Shown: positions 46,894 to 56,226 of the stretch, piece by piece
Numbering within the stretch: the first letter of the stretch is position 1
Layout of the letters: every line of letters starts with the position of its first letter
Origin: Candidatus Norongarragalinales archaeon
GTDB taxonomy: Archaea > Micrarchaeota > Micrarchaeia > Norongarragalinales > Norongarragalinaceae
DNA length: 64,000 nucleotides
Assembly (NCBI GenBank): GCA_038884755.1
Contig: JAWABJ010000002.1
Span: forward strand, 1-64,000
Direction of reading: 5' to 3'
Notes under the pieces: model-generated
What the model saw: only the letters and a program-made list of their open reading frames with translations
Told to the model about the DNA's origin: nothing
The model's database searches: none
Position numbers and translations under genes: made by a program

Positions 46894-46924
46894 ATCAATT
46901 ACTAACTCGTTTTAAATACTCTCC

Positions 46925-48388
46925 TCAAGAGCAGCGGTGTATTTGCGGCTGCATCAACTTGTGGAAGTAGTCGTTTCCCTCGTGGAAGAGCAAGTCTACT
47001 TCAGTAGTGTGCCTCATTCTCCTAACGTGGTGCGCGTGAGTATAACTTTTCAAGACTTTTTCCCCGTCGTGGGAGAAGATGCTTACTGCCAACCTTTTCA
47101 GAGGTCCGGCGCTCTCGTTGGCTTCAACCAATGCTTCTTCAAACGAGTTGCATTTTTTCATGGTTAGAATGTACGTGGAAAATTCTGTGTTCAAGAATTC
47201 AGAGTTTTTGTCTTTTGTTTCTAGAAGCATCGGCGTAGCTTGGGTTTCGCTTTTCTTTTCCCCTGTTTTGACTTCTATCAAGCCTAATTTTTTCAAATCC
47301 CCTATCCTTCCCCAAACGTGGTTTAAGAGTTTTGGTGAAGTAAAGCCGACCTTAGTTTTCGTATTCATGGGGTCGCCCGTGTGCTTTCCAATTTCTTCGA
47401 ATTTTTCTTTCAACAGATGCCCTAATTCTTTGCTTTCTTTGGAGGCGTCAAAAAGCATTTTGAGCGAATTGCAACCTATGGGCCAGCGTAGTGACGATTC
47501 GACTATCATTTCCGCGATTTGCTTCGGCTCTATTTCTTTATCGCAGATGCCTGCAGCACGTCCGGTTGCGTGTCTCAAGACTATTTTATCTGAAAAATGG
47601 TCTATGACGTGGCCGTTTTCTTTTTCTTCAAAACGCAGCAGCGTGTCGACTGTTTTGTCATCTCCGTACGCCCAAATTACTTTTGCCGCGTCTGCAAGTT
47701 CGAAATTGAGTTTTGAGTTTTCTTGTTTTCCAGTATCCCAACATAAAACACTTAGCGCTCCCGCGGGATACCCTGCCTCAACGATTGCCCTGACGCTTTT
47801 TTGTGCTGTTACCAGGTCGTTCTTAGAGCATTTTATGATTCCGGGAAGCCCAAGAGAAACAAGCCAGCTAGCTATGAATGCCGTAACCCGAATGTCGTTT
47901 CCCGGCGTTACCCCGTAAACTATGCCGTTTACCGGCTCGAAAAAAGCGTATAACTGCGGTTCTTTGGAAATATCGTGCCCGAATTTTCCGTGCTTGGTGC
48001 CGATTCTTTTTTCTATTAGTGCAGGTATGACCTGGTTCATTTGCTTGATTTCTAATCCCAACTCTTGAACTACTGAAATAGGCATTCCCGTGTTTTTGAC
48101 TATGTATTCGAGCTCGTCTTTTTTGAAGGAAAACTTTTCGGAAGCGCGCTTCAGAATTTTTACGCGCTCGTCAAAAGGTATTTTTCTACATTCCAAAACC
48201 GCGTTTTTTGCTTTGGATATTGCGGTTTTTATGTCGAACAAGCAGGACTCTGGCGCATTAATCCTGTAATCCGGGTAAAACTCACTTTCTACAACAAAAT
48301 TTTTCCCGGAAAACAGTATGTCTTTTCCTCCGACGTAGTTTTTGAATTCCATAGCAAAATTCATAAGCTCACCTAGCCGATACAGCAA
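46925..48388 (-). CDS. aldehyde dehydrogenase-superfamily / LuxC-like acyl reductase
   Basis: ER..IL, TPGN, IIK.S, G.P.G, AYG...TV, putative catalytic Cys in PIGCNS, GDP, EF. Confidence 0.78.
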   Translation of the reverse strand: MLYRLGELMNFAMEFKNYVGGKDILFSGKNFVVESEFYPDYRINAPESCLFDIKTAISKAKNAVLECRKIPFDERVKILKRASEKFSFKKDELEYIVKNTGMPISVVQELGLEIKQMNQVIPALIEKRIGTKHGKFGHDISKEPQLYAFFEPVNGIVYGVTPGNDIRVTAFIASWLVSLGLPGIIKCSKNDLVTAQKSVRAIVEAGYPAGALSVLCWDTGKQENSKLNFELADAAKVIWAYGDDKTVDTLLRFEEKENGHVIDHFSDKIVLRHATGRAAGICDKEIEPKQIAEMIVESSLRWPIGCNSLKMLFDASKESKELGHLLKEKFEEIGKHTGDPMNTKTKVGFTSPKLLNHVWGRIGDLKKLGLIEVKTGEKKSETQATPMLLETKDKNSEFLNTEFSTYILTMKKCNSFEEALVEANESAGPLKRLAVSIFSHDGEKVLKSYTHAHHVRRMRHTTEVDLLFHEGNDYFHKLMQPQIHRCS

Positions 48389-49539
48389 CCCGCCGCTATG
48401 GTGTCTTCAGGAATATCGATTCTCCGAATATCCGAAATTATTGGCGTTTTTATTCCGCAGTCGCACTCGCCGCCATTGGCCACCAGTTTGGCCGAGTCTC
48501 CCGGTGCGTAGCGGATGTAGATGGTGCCTTCGCGTGCGATCGTCGTGTAAGCCAAAATTCCTATTTCTCCTCGTTTAACGGGTACTAGCTGTTTAGACTC
48601 TTGTTTTAATATTTCAACATAGTGTGTGCCGTTGATTAAATGCTGATTATTGTATTTGCATATTCCGCCTGGAATGGTGCTTGTTGATTGAGGGATTGCT
48701 TCCGTGGAGCCTAACACTGTCGCTAACTTTTTTTCGTGTGTTTCGGCCCAAGAAACGAGTTCTGGAATTAGTGTGTAGCCCGTAATAAATAGTGTTTGTA
48801 GTTTATCTTCGAGAATATCTTGGCCAACTTCTATAAGTGATAGAAAATCAACCCCCCCTCCTTTTTTGGTTTTATCCCCTTCGTTTAAGGGGCCCTGCAC
48901 CGATGCCAAGACGGTTATTCCATAGTCATCTATGGTGTCTACTATCTCTTTAGCTGTATCTGTAGTCCTTCGTGGTATTATTCGTAATCCTATCATCAAC
49001 ATAGCATTTCGAATACACTGCCCACCCTTATGCGTGGGATTGTACATGTTCAAGACAGTGTCCTTCTGGCTAATGCCCATATACTCAAAACATTTTTTTA
49101 GGCCCTGAGCTTCTACCTTTTCATCCCACTCAGTAATGAATGTTGGGGTTGCAACACCTCTAGTTCCACCCGATTTGTAAATAGTTAATCCAGTTGAGAT
49201 GTCGGCTGGTTGCATAATATATGGATTTCTCTCAATTTTTTCTCTTAATCCTAATAAATTGTTGGTAGTGTCTTTCACTAGAGCGGGGATTTTTTCTAGG
49301 TCGTTAAATTCTGTAAGTTTAATTTTTCTTTCAGAGTAAGGTTTGTATACCGCTGGCATGGTTTTTTTTGCTCGCTCAAATTGGAAATTTAAAAAAGGAA
49401 AAAGTATTTCTTCCGTTTCACTTTTTTTGAGCTGTTCCCAGTTTGTTGAAGCCCAAATCTTTGTCGAGGCCATTTTTGGATCTAGCTGATTAGTATGGGC
49501 CGTTTTTTCCTTGAGTATTTCAAATTTTTCTATTGTCAT
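48373..49539 (-). CDS. PaaK/LuxE-like adenylating enzyme with C-terminal Cys
   Basis: KSGGTRG P-loop, GSTE, YVEI, GE.G.L..T, IRY..GD, C.CG, ends AAGCCIG; ATG 49539 preferred. Confidence 0.8.
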   Translation of the reverse strand: MTIEKFEILKEKTAHTNQLDPKMASTKIWASTNWEQLKKSETEEILFPFLNFQFERAKKTMPAVYKPYSERKIKLTEFNDLEKIPALVKDTTNNLLGLREKIERNPYIMQPADISTGLTIYKSGGTRGVATPTFITEWDEKVEAQGLKKCFEYMGISQKDTVLNMYNPTHKGGQCIRNAMLMIGLRIIPRRTTDTAKEIVDTIDDYGITVLASVQGPLNEGDKTKKGGGVDFLSLIEVGQDILEDKLQTLFITGYTLIPELVSWAETHEKKLATVLGSTEAIPQSTSTIPGGICKYNNQHLINGTHYVEILKQESKQLVPVKRGEIGILAYTTIAREGTIYIRYAPGDSAKLVANGGECDCGIKTPIISDIRRIDIPEDTIAAGCCIG

Positions 49540-51116
49540 CTTTTTATCCTCAAACCACCAAGTTCGTGAGCGAAAACCCAACCGCAAACGTCTCCAATTT
49601 TAAACTCCATTGGCTTTCCGCCACCCTGTGCTTCTGAATATTTTGTTAGCCAGGTGAGCCATTTCTTCCAGTTTCTTGATCTTAGGTCTACCCAGCCTAC
49701 GTTTGCCCATTTTTCAATTTCTTTTATCGTTGCATATTTTTTTTTTGTAGCTGGAACCATGATGTTTGGTCCTGTTAGTATCTTTCCATTTGGCAGCAGG
49801 ATTGGAATGCCTATAGATATTATTTTAGCTCGAAGTTCCTTGTTTGAAGAAATTATTTCTAATGCTTTTTTTTCTATTTCGCCGGGCTTTTCTTTAGGCC
49901 GAGTTGGAACCTCTCTCATTATTTTTTTTAAGATTGTTGCCTCCCATAAAATTTTTGCCGTCAGCGGACCCAACGTTTGAATGCTTGCAACTTCATTACT
50001 ATCGAGGCGTTCGAGTCTTTCTAACGCTATTTTTCTTTTAGCAGTTCCCTTTAATGTTGGTCCCAGGCTTGCGCTATCCAGTGCTCTAATAATTTCTTTT
50101 CCCGTGTCTTCCCCCTTTACTTCCCTGATAACTTCTTCTGCAATCTCCTCTGGAGTTATTAATTCCATACCGTCGGCCGCGGTGATTGCTGCAAACATCT
50201 CTTTTGTAAAAACATCATTTTCCCCCGTGTCAATCCACGGTCCCTCTAAATATCGTCCAAGCCTAACTGCATTCATGCCCTGCAGGCCTTTTCCTATAGG
50301 CTGGGCCTTTTCTATCGGGCAATCGTATAGTTCTATTTCGCCATCCTTTGTCCTAATTTTTCCGCTGCCTATATTTCTCCATCCGATTAGTGCAGTTACT
50401 TTGATTTCTTTTATAACCGGCGCTCCAGGTGTTCGGCCTAGCACCCATAACAGCATCGTTTGTGCTCCAGCTACTGCCGTTTTACCCATGAGTAATCTTG
50501 ATGGTACCTCTCTTTCTCCATGATTGAACGGAAGTGTAAAGCCCAAGCCCCCACTTCCGCTGGTGCCTATCTTTAAGTATTGTTCAGTTTTTACCTTTCT
50601 AAGGCTATGAAATAGTATTTGCGTGTGTCGTACGAGGTGGGGGATTGACATTGATAGGGCTATCCTAAGCCATTTTTTGCTGTCGTTTTCGTGCATGACT
50701 TGTGCATACGGATCCAAATAAGCTAAGGCCGTTGCAGTATTAATCGCGTCTATAACGATTTTGGGGTTGTGTTTTTCCATTATTTGAAATAAGAACGAAT
50801 TTTTGACTGTTTCATCGTTAAATTCCCCAAAAACATCCTGAATCAGTTTTTCCTGAGATTCTGGGTTTTTTATTATTTCTCCGTTTATTTTTTCTTTTAA
50901 TTCTGTTCTTACAAAAATATTACCCCATTCTCCGGTTAGAATTGTTTTTTCATTTATATTTTTTAGTTCCCGTATGCCCCTTTCAACCTTTTTTTTTGTC
51001 AAATCTGCCAAAACTATTTTTGTTGGGTTTTCTCGCAGTAGCTGTTTGCATATTTCAAACCCAACCTGTCCCGCCCCCCCTAGGACTAGTATTGTTGATC
51101 CCTTGATCGTGCTCAT
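49536..51116 (-). CDS. large Rossmann-fold (SDR-like) oxidoreductase, uncharacterised
   Basis: ILVLGGAGQVG, DAINTAT, KIGTSGSGG.G, IDTGEN. Confidence 0.7.
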   Translation of the reverse strand: MSTIKGSTILVLGGAGQVGFEICKQLLRENPTKIVLADLTKKKVERGIRELKNINEKTILTGEWGNIFVRTELKEKINGEIIKNPESQEKLIQDVFGEFNDETVKNSFLFQIMEKHNPKIVIDAINTATALAYLDPYAQVMHENDSKKWLRIALSMSIPHLVRHTQILFHSLRKVKTEQYLKIGTSGSGGLGFTLPFNHGEREVPSRLLMGKTAVAGAQTMLLWVLGRTPGAPVIKEIKVTALIGWRNIGSGKIRTKDGEIELYDCPIEKAQPIGKGLQGMNAVRLGRYLEGPWIDTGENDVFTKEMFAAITAADGMELITPEEIAEEVIREVKGEDTGKEIIRALDSASLGPTLKGTAKRKIALERLERLDSNEVASIQTLGPLTAKILWEATILKKIMREVPTRPKEKPGEIEKKALEIISSNKELRAKIISIGIPILLPNGKILTGPNIMVPATKKKYATIKEIEKWANVGWVDLRSRNWKKWLTWLTKYSEAQGGGKPMEFKIGDVCGWVFAHELGGLRIKR

Positions 51117-51128
51117 ATGCTTTCACTA

Positions 51129-52427
51129 TTAATTTTTGACTTGGTGCAGAAGTTTATCGTACAGGGTTAGCAGTGTCGTGGCTTCGTGTTGTACTGTTGT
51201 TGGCACGCCTTCCTTAGATCCAATCTCTGTGAAAGAAGAGAAGCCTATGAGTGGCGCGCCCCCAAGATTTTTCTTCAAATCCTTGAGATTTTGTGTGACT
51301 CCTTTTTCTCCTTCTACTACCCTGCAAGACGCACAGATTATTGCTAGTGCTAAAGCTGGTTTGTTTTCGTTCGTGTTCTTGTATAAATCTTCAACAACTT
51401 TTTGTGGGGCAGTTGCCATGCTTTTAGGAGTAGATTCCATTATGTATACTGGCCACCCCTCTTCAAATGTTACTGTAAACGCCAGATTTTCTCCAGCTGG
51501 TACGCCGCCTGCGCGAATTATGTATCCTCCATAATTATCGGGTATTCCTAATGGGTGTTGTTGTGTAAGCACTAGCGATTTTTTAACAAATTCCTCTTTC
51601 TTTATTCCTAATTGTTCGCAGTACCACTCTACGGGGTTTTTACCGGATATTCCCGTTATAATATACCCCCCGCCCGTAACTCCCGAAATAAATCCTATTT
51701 TATTAGTTCTCTCAGTGCCGTGGACAAGTGATTCCCCGTACATTAAGCTGGTCGAATTTACTGCTATTATGAGCCCGTCCTTTAATACTTTCCCCGAATG
51801 CAGCAAGTATATTTCGTATGGTTTTTGTTCAAAAAGTTTTTCGAGGTGAACGCCCATGCTTCCTCCCCAAATAGGTACGTTAAACCCAACCTCTTCAGTT
51901 ATTCCTTGAATTATTTTAGTTTCCTCACCCATTTGAGGAAGCTTCATTCCTTTTGCAAAAACCGTGATGTAAAATGACGGCTTCTTAACCATCCATTTTA
52001 CATTTCCACTCCTCATTCTTGTAAATTGCAGATATGGATCTATATACTTATCAATTGAAATTTTACTTAGTGCTTCAGACGTAACTTTTTTTGACAAACC
52101 TTTAGGATCCTTTGAAATTCCTTCTATTGATGAAATTCCAACGTGTAAATATTCGCTGTATACACTGGCCACAACAACTCCCGTGCGTTCTATTTTATCT
52201 TCGAAGAAAACAGCATCTGCGGTTCCACCAATAAATTCCGTTTTTCCAAGCGTTTCTTTTAATCCATCACTTATTTTTTGAGGGTCATAGTCTCCAGCAA
52301 AGAACACATATGATATTGTTGGTTTTTTTCCTTTCAATCCTCTTAGTGCTTTTTTACCTGCTTCCCGTGCAGCTTTCTTTGGGTCTCCGTTTGCCGAAAA
52401 GCCATTACCTACTAGTACATTAAACAT
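51129..52427 (-). CDS. FIST N/C sensory domain protein, stand-alone
   Basis: G.S...D...A..EA..AL, IGGT, PIWGG, HPLG, C.SC, GF.SF.EI. Confidence 0.85.
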   Translation of the reverse strand: MFNVLVGNGFSANGDPKKAAREAGKKALRGLKGKKPTISYVFFAGDYDPQKISDGLKETLGKTEFIGGTADAVFFEDKIERTGVVVASVYSEYLHVGISSIEGISKDPKGLSKKVTSEALSKISIDKYIDPYLQFTRMRSGNVKWMVKKPSFYITVFAKGMKLPQMGEETKIIQGITEEVGFNVPIWGGSMGVHLEKLFEQKPYEIYLLHSGKVLKDGLIIAVNSTSLMYGESLVHGTERTNKIGFISGVTGGGYIITGISGKNPVEWYCEQLGIKKEEFVKKSLVLTQQHPLGIPDNYGGYIIRAGGVPAGENLAFTVTFEEGWPVYIMESTPKSMATAPQKVVEDLYKNTNENKPALALAIICASCRVVEGEKGVTQNLKDLKKNLGGAPLIGFSSFTEIGSKEGVPTTVQHEATTLLTLYDKLLHQVKN

Positions 52428-52442
52428 CCCTATCGCCTCTTT

Positions 52443-52727
52443 TTACATCTCAAAAATGTCGTGTATTACCCTCATTCTTTCCATTTCGCTCGGCCAGGCG
52501 ACGAGCGCCATGCCGATTTTCTTTACTTTTATCTTTCCTTCCCGGGCCAATTGGTCGAAGTGGTATTTCAAGTGTGCCAGAACTTGCTTTCGTTCTTTCG
52601 CGCTTGATTGTTTGGCGAGCAAGTGCATTGCTTCCGCCACTTCAGTCACGTGCGCCGGCCACTTTCTTTTTATTATTGCGTAAACTTCCTCTCGGTTGAT
52701 TTTTCGTGAAGGTCTCCCTTTTTTCAT
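52443..52727 (-). CDS. winged-helix transcriptional regulator
   Basis: P.HVTEVA...LKYHFDQLAREGKIKVKKIG..LV.W. Confidence 0.75.
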   Translation of the reverse strand: MKKGRPSRKINREEVYAIIKRKWPAHVTEVAEAMHLLAKQSSAKERKQVLAHLKYHFDQLAREGKIKVKKIGMALVAWPSEMERMRVIHDIFEM

Positions 52728-52757
52728 TATTTCCCTCCGACTACTTAACGCTTGTGC

Positions 52758-52890
52758 TGCATATCCTTATTAGATATGCATAAACTCAAAGCTTTTTCCT
52801 TACGAAATTGAGGTTTTTAACTCTAACGACCCTATCTTTATGGATATGCCTAAACTTTCCCGGTATTTTGCTGCATATTGTTGGATATGC
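52758..52890. promoter_or_regulatory. repeated GCATAT/ATATGC inverted half-sites in a divergent promoter
   Basis: TGCATATC-N7-GATATGCA (52758-52780), degenerate site 52830-52849, GCATAT-N6-ATATGC (52873-52890). Confidence 0.6.
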
Positions 52891-53040
52891 CGTTATTTCG
52901 CTGGAAATGGGTTTTTTCTTGCGTCTACGATTTTTAGCCTGTAAGGCGCATAATTGTCCGCAGCCCGCCGGCGGTATGAAACGTTTAGTTGATTTTTAGT
53001 CAACTCAAGGAATTTAGCGTTCGCTTGTCGGGTTTATCTT

Positions 53041-54306
53041 GTGTATATTTTCAAAGCCGTACGTGGCGAAGGAGTTTACCTGTTTGACGAAAACGGCAAG
53101 AAATACTTAGATGCTGCTGCTGGCACTTTCAACTTAAGCCTGGGTTATTCTCATCCTGCCCTAATTGCTGCCGCCAAAGAGCAGTTGGAAATATTAGCTT
53201 ACGCTTCTTCTAGTTTTTCAACAGACGCTGTTGCTGCCCTTTCAGAAAAACTATTATCCGTGAGTCCAATCAGTTCCGGGTTTGTACATCTTAAAGTGAC
53301 GGGTGGCTCAACTGCGAACGAAGTAGCCATTAGGATGGCTTTAAAATATACTGGTAAGCCTGGCATAATTTCTTTGGCGCGGAGCCATTTAGGCCAAACT
53401 TTATTTATGCACGAAGTATCTGATTTTCCTTTCAAAAAAGTGCTATCTTATCGGTATCCAGGAATAATCCGAGTTCCTTCTGCTTATTGCTATAGGTGTC
53501 CTTTGGGCTTGCGTTTTCCTTCTTGCGGAATTGCTTGTGCCAATGAAATTCGAAAATTAGTTTCTAGTGCTAAAGAAAAACCCGCATGTTTGATAATGGA
53601 GCCGATACTTGGGAACGGAGGCAACATAATGCCGCCAGTTCAGTACTTTAAAGAAATGCGAGAAATTTGTGATGAATTAGAGATAGCGCTTATTTTTGAT
53701 GAAGTTCAAACCGGCATTGGGCGTACGGGCGAAATGTTTGCCGCCCAAACTTTCAAGGTTAAGCCTGATATAATAACTGTTGCGAAAGGACTCGGAGGTA
53801 TTGGTTTCAATGTTGCCGCAGTTATCGCTGAAAAAAGATTTGATTGTCTTGAGAAATATGAAAAATCTTTTACTTCTGGTGCGTCGGCATTGCCTTGTGC
53901 TGTCGCAACTAAAATTATAGATATAATTCGACAGAAGCCTTTCCTTCAAAATGTTAAGGCTTCTGGGAATCTGATTAGAAAAAGGCTGAATGAATTGCAA
54001 GAAAAATTCAATTTTATAGGGGATGTTCGCGGTGTCGGTCTTATGCTTGGGGTTGAGTTTGTGAACTTGAAGGGCGGTCCAGATTCAAAGATAACGAACT
54101 TAATAGCCGCAAAAGCACTTGGAAATGGCTTGATATTAAGGACTTCCCAGTATGGTCTAGGAAATGTAATCAAAATTAAGCCGCCTTTAATATTAACTTT
54201 GGAGGAGGCAAATGAGGTTTGCGATAAATTCGAAAAGACGCTTAAACAGGTGAATGCCCATGTACCGAGAGGATTCATTAAAACTGGCGGAAACAGTATT
54301 CCGTAA
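53041..54306 (+). CDS. class III PLP-dependent aminotransferase
   Basis: RGEG.YL.D..G..YLD, LGY.HP, EPI.G.GG, DEVQTG.GRTG, PDI...AKGLGG, DVRG.GLM.G. Confidence 0.93.
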   Translation: MYIFKAVRGEGVYLFDENGKKYLDAAAGTFNLSLGYSHPALIAAAKEQLEILAYASSSFSTDAVAALSEKLLSVSPISSGFVHLKVTGGSTANEVAIRMALKYTGKPGIISLARSHLGQTLFMHEVSDFPFKKVLSYRYPGIIRVPSAYCYRCPLGLRFPSCGIACANEIRKLVSSAKEKPACLIMEPILGNGGNIMPPVQYFKEMREICDELEIALIFDEVQTGIGRTGEMFAAQTFKVKPDIITVAKGLGGIGFNVAAVIAEKRFDCLEKYEKSFTSGASALPCAVATKIIDIIRQKPFLQNVKASGNLIRKRLNELQEKFNFIGDVRGVGLMLGVEFVNLKGGPDSKITNLIAAKALGNGLILRTSQYGLGNVIKIKPPLILTLEEANEVCDKFEKTLKQVNAHVPRGFIKTGGNSIP

Positions 54307-55198
54307 CATTCAGCAATATTCGAATTTAACGAAAAGAAAATTCCTGCTAGCTAAAAGTCCAGGCGGCGACCAACAATTTGGAATCGATAAAGTAGCCGAG
54401 CGAGCAGTATTTGAGATTCTAAAGAAATCAAAAGAGGATGTTGCTTATTACTCTGAAGGTCGCGGGTTAGTGAATTTAAGTAAAAAACCCGAATACCTGT
54501 TTGTAATTGATCCGATTGACGGGACGAGGCCTTCAGCCGCTGGTTTGGAGTCTTGTACAGTTTCAATAGCCGTTGCTAAATACTCTAAGGATGCTGCGCT
54601 TAAAGACGTCATTTTTGCTTTAGTAAAAGAACTTAAAACAGGCGATTATTTCGTAGCCGAAGAAAACAAGCCCATAAAATTCTTTCGAGATGGTGTGGCC
54701 GTCAAAACTACCTTATCGCAAAACGACTCTATCGAAAAAATGTTTTGGAGCATTGAATTCAACGGGCACCCTTCTAAATTGATGACTAGCGCTTATGGCC
54801 ATCTTATTGATGCTTCAGCTAATACCGGCGGAATATTTGTGTTTAATAGCGCTTCGTTTTCAATTACGCGGATAGTTTCCGGACAATTAGATGCCTATGT
54901 AGATGTTGGAAATAGGCTTCTTAGAGAGCACCCCTTACTGGAGGATAATTTTAAAAATGCGGGGAAGGGCGGAATACTGCACCTTTTTCCTTATGATATT
55001 GCTGCCGCGTGGTTTATAGCTACTAAAAAGGGAGTCAAAATAACTGACGGGTTTGGTGAAGATCTAGGCGATACTCTGCTAACCGATTTAAGCTTTGAAA
55101 ATCAACGGTCTTGCATAGCTGCAGCAAATAATTCTCTTCACAAGCAAATAATTAAAAAAATAAACTGGGATGCAATTGAATTTAAGAGAAAACTTTAG
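54260..55198 (+). CDS. inositol monophosphatase/FBPase family phosphatase
   Basis: ID..AE, SE, VIDPIDGT, G.LDAYVD, YDIAAA, ITD..G. Confidence 0.88.
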   Translation: MYREDSLKLAETVFRNIQQYSNLTKRKFLLAKSPGGDQQFGIDKVAERAVFEILKKSKEDVAYYSEGRGLVNLSKKPEYLFVIDPIDGTRPSAAGLESCTVSIAVAKYSKDAALKDVIFALVKELKTGDYFVAEENKPIKFFRDGVAVKTTLSQNDSIEKMFWSIEFNGHPSKLMTSAYGHLIDASANTGGIFVFNSASFSITRIVSGQLDAYVDVGNRLLREHPLLEDNFKNAGKGGILHLFPYDIAAAWFIATKKGVKITDGFGEDLGDTLLTDLSFENQRSCIAAANNSLHKQIIKKINWDAIEFKRKL

Positions 55199-56213
55199 GC
55201 GTTCGCTGTCTGTGTATTCACATTCTGCTCCACATGATGTTGCTGTAGCCGGCGACTTATGCGTCGATCTTGTTTTTCCAAAGTCTCACCGCCTTCCTAA
55301 ACCAGGTGGCGAGCTTAGCACAACGTCAGCAGAAAAACGTGTTGGTGGTTCTTCAGGTATTACTGCAATGCAACTGGCTACTTTAGGCAATAATGTTGTT
55401 TTAATTGGCAATATTGGTGAAGATCAGGAGGGGCGGTGGCTTAAATCGAATTTTGAGTCCGCCGGCGTTGATACTTCCAAAATAAACCAGCACCCTGGCG
55501 TTGATACTGGCAAGAGTTTTGTTGTACCGCTTAAAAATGATCGTAGTTTCATAACTGTAATTGGTGCAAACGCTCGTCCGATTCGACTTGCTTCCTTAAA
55601 GGCTCATGCGCTTATTGTTACCGCGTTCTTTCAAGCGCCAGGCCTTCATGCGGGCGCCTTTGCCAAAGATCTTGAACGATTCAAGTCAGCTGGCGGAATA
55701 GTTGCATTAGACTGCAATCATGATTCTTCTGGTGTTTGGTTTAAGAAAATCAAGCCGGTTTTAGCCGCAACTGATGTTTTTTATCCGAACCAAAAGGAGT
55801 TTGATAAATTAATGCGAACTTCTGATTCTAGCCCGTGGAACTGGGGGCCTAAAACTATTGTTGTAAAAGAACAGCAGAATGGTGCAACTTTGTTTGACCT
55901 TTCTGCGCCCAAAAAGCGACGGTTGCCCTTAGGTGTTATACCCTATCTTGCTTTGCGTGCAATGCGCAAGCCTGCAGTTTTAGGTTCTCAAAAAACCAAA
56001 GTCTACGGTGTTCCCGTGGGTCGTTTTGTAGATTCAAACGGTGCTGGTGACGTTTGGGGCGCCACTTATGTTGATGCTTTGCTTAAAACCGGCGACAAAC
56101 ATTTTGCAGTATTAGCTGCTAACGTTGCCGGTGCCATTTCTACAACTAGAACGCGTAAAGTAGTAACCCGCGAAGAGATAATCCAAAAAATAGCTGAGCT
56201 AATGTCGACCTAG
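55170..56213 (+). CDS. PfkB family carbohydrate kinase
   Basis: G....D, GG.....A..LA.LG, IG.D..G, PN..E, DSNGAGD. Confidence 0.88.
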   Translation: MQLNLRENFRRSLSVYSHSAPHDVAVAGDLCVDLVFPKSHRLPKPGGELSTTSAEKRVGGSSGITAMQLATLGNNVVLIGNIGEDQEGRWLKSNFESAGVDTSKINQHPGVDTGKSFVVPLKNDRSFITVIGANARPIRLASLKAHALIVTAFFQAPGLHAGAFAKDLERFKSAGGIVALDCNHDSSGVWFKKIKPVLAATDVFYPNQKEFDKLMRTSDSSPWNWGPKTIVVKEQQNGATLFDLSAPKKRRLPLGVIPYLALRAMRKPAVLGSQKTKVYGVPVGRFVDSNGAGDVWGATYVDALLKTGDKHFAVLAANVAGAISTTRTRKVVTREEIIQKIAELMST

Positions 56214-56226
56214 ATTTTTTCATTTT

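Noticed and set aside
46925..49539. Bioluminescence (lux) operon
   Set aside because: No luxA/luxB/luxD; the rib operon lies over 20 kb away and is unlinked
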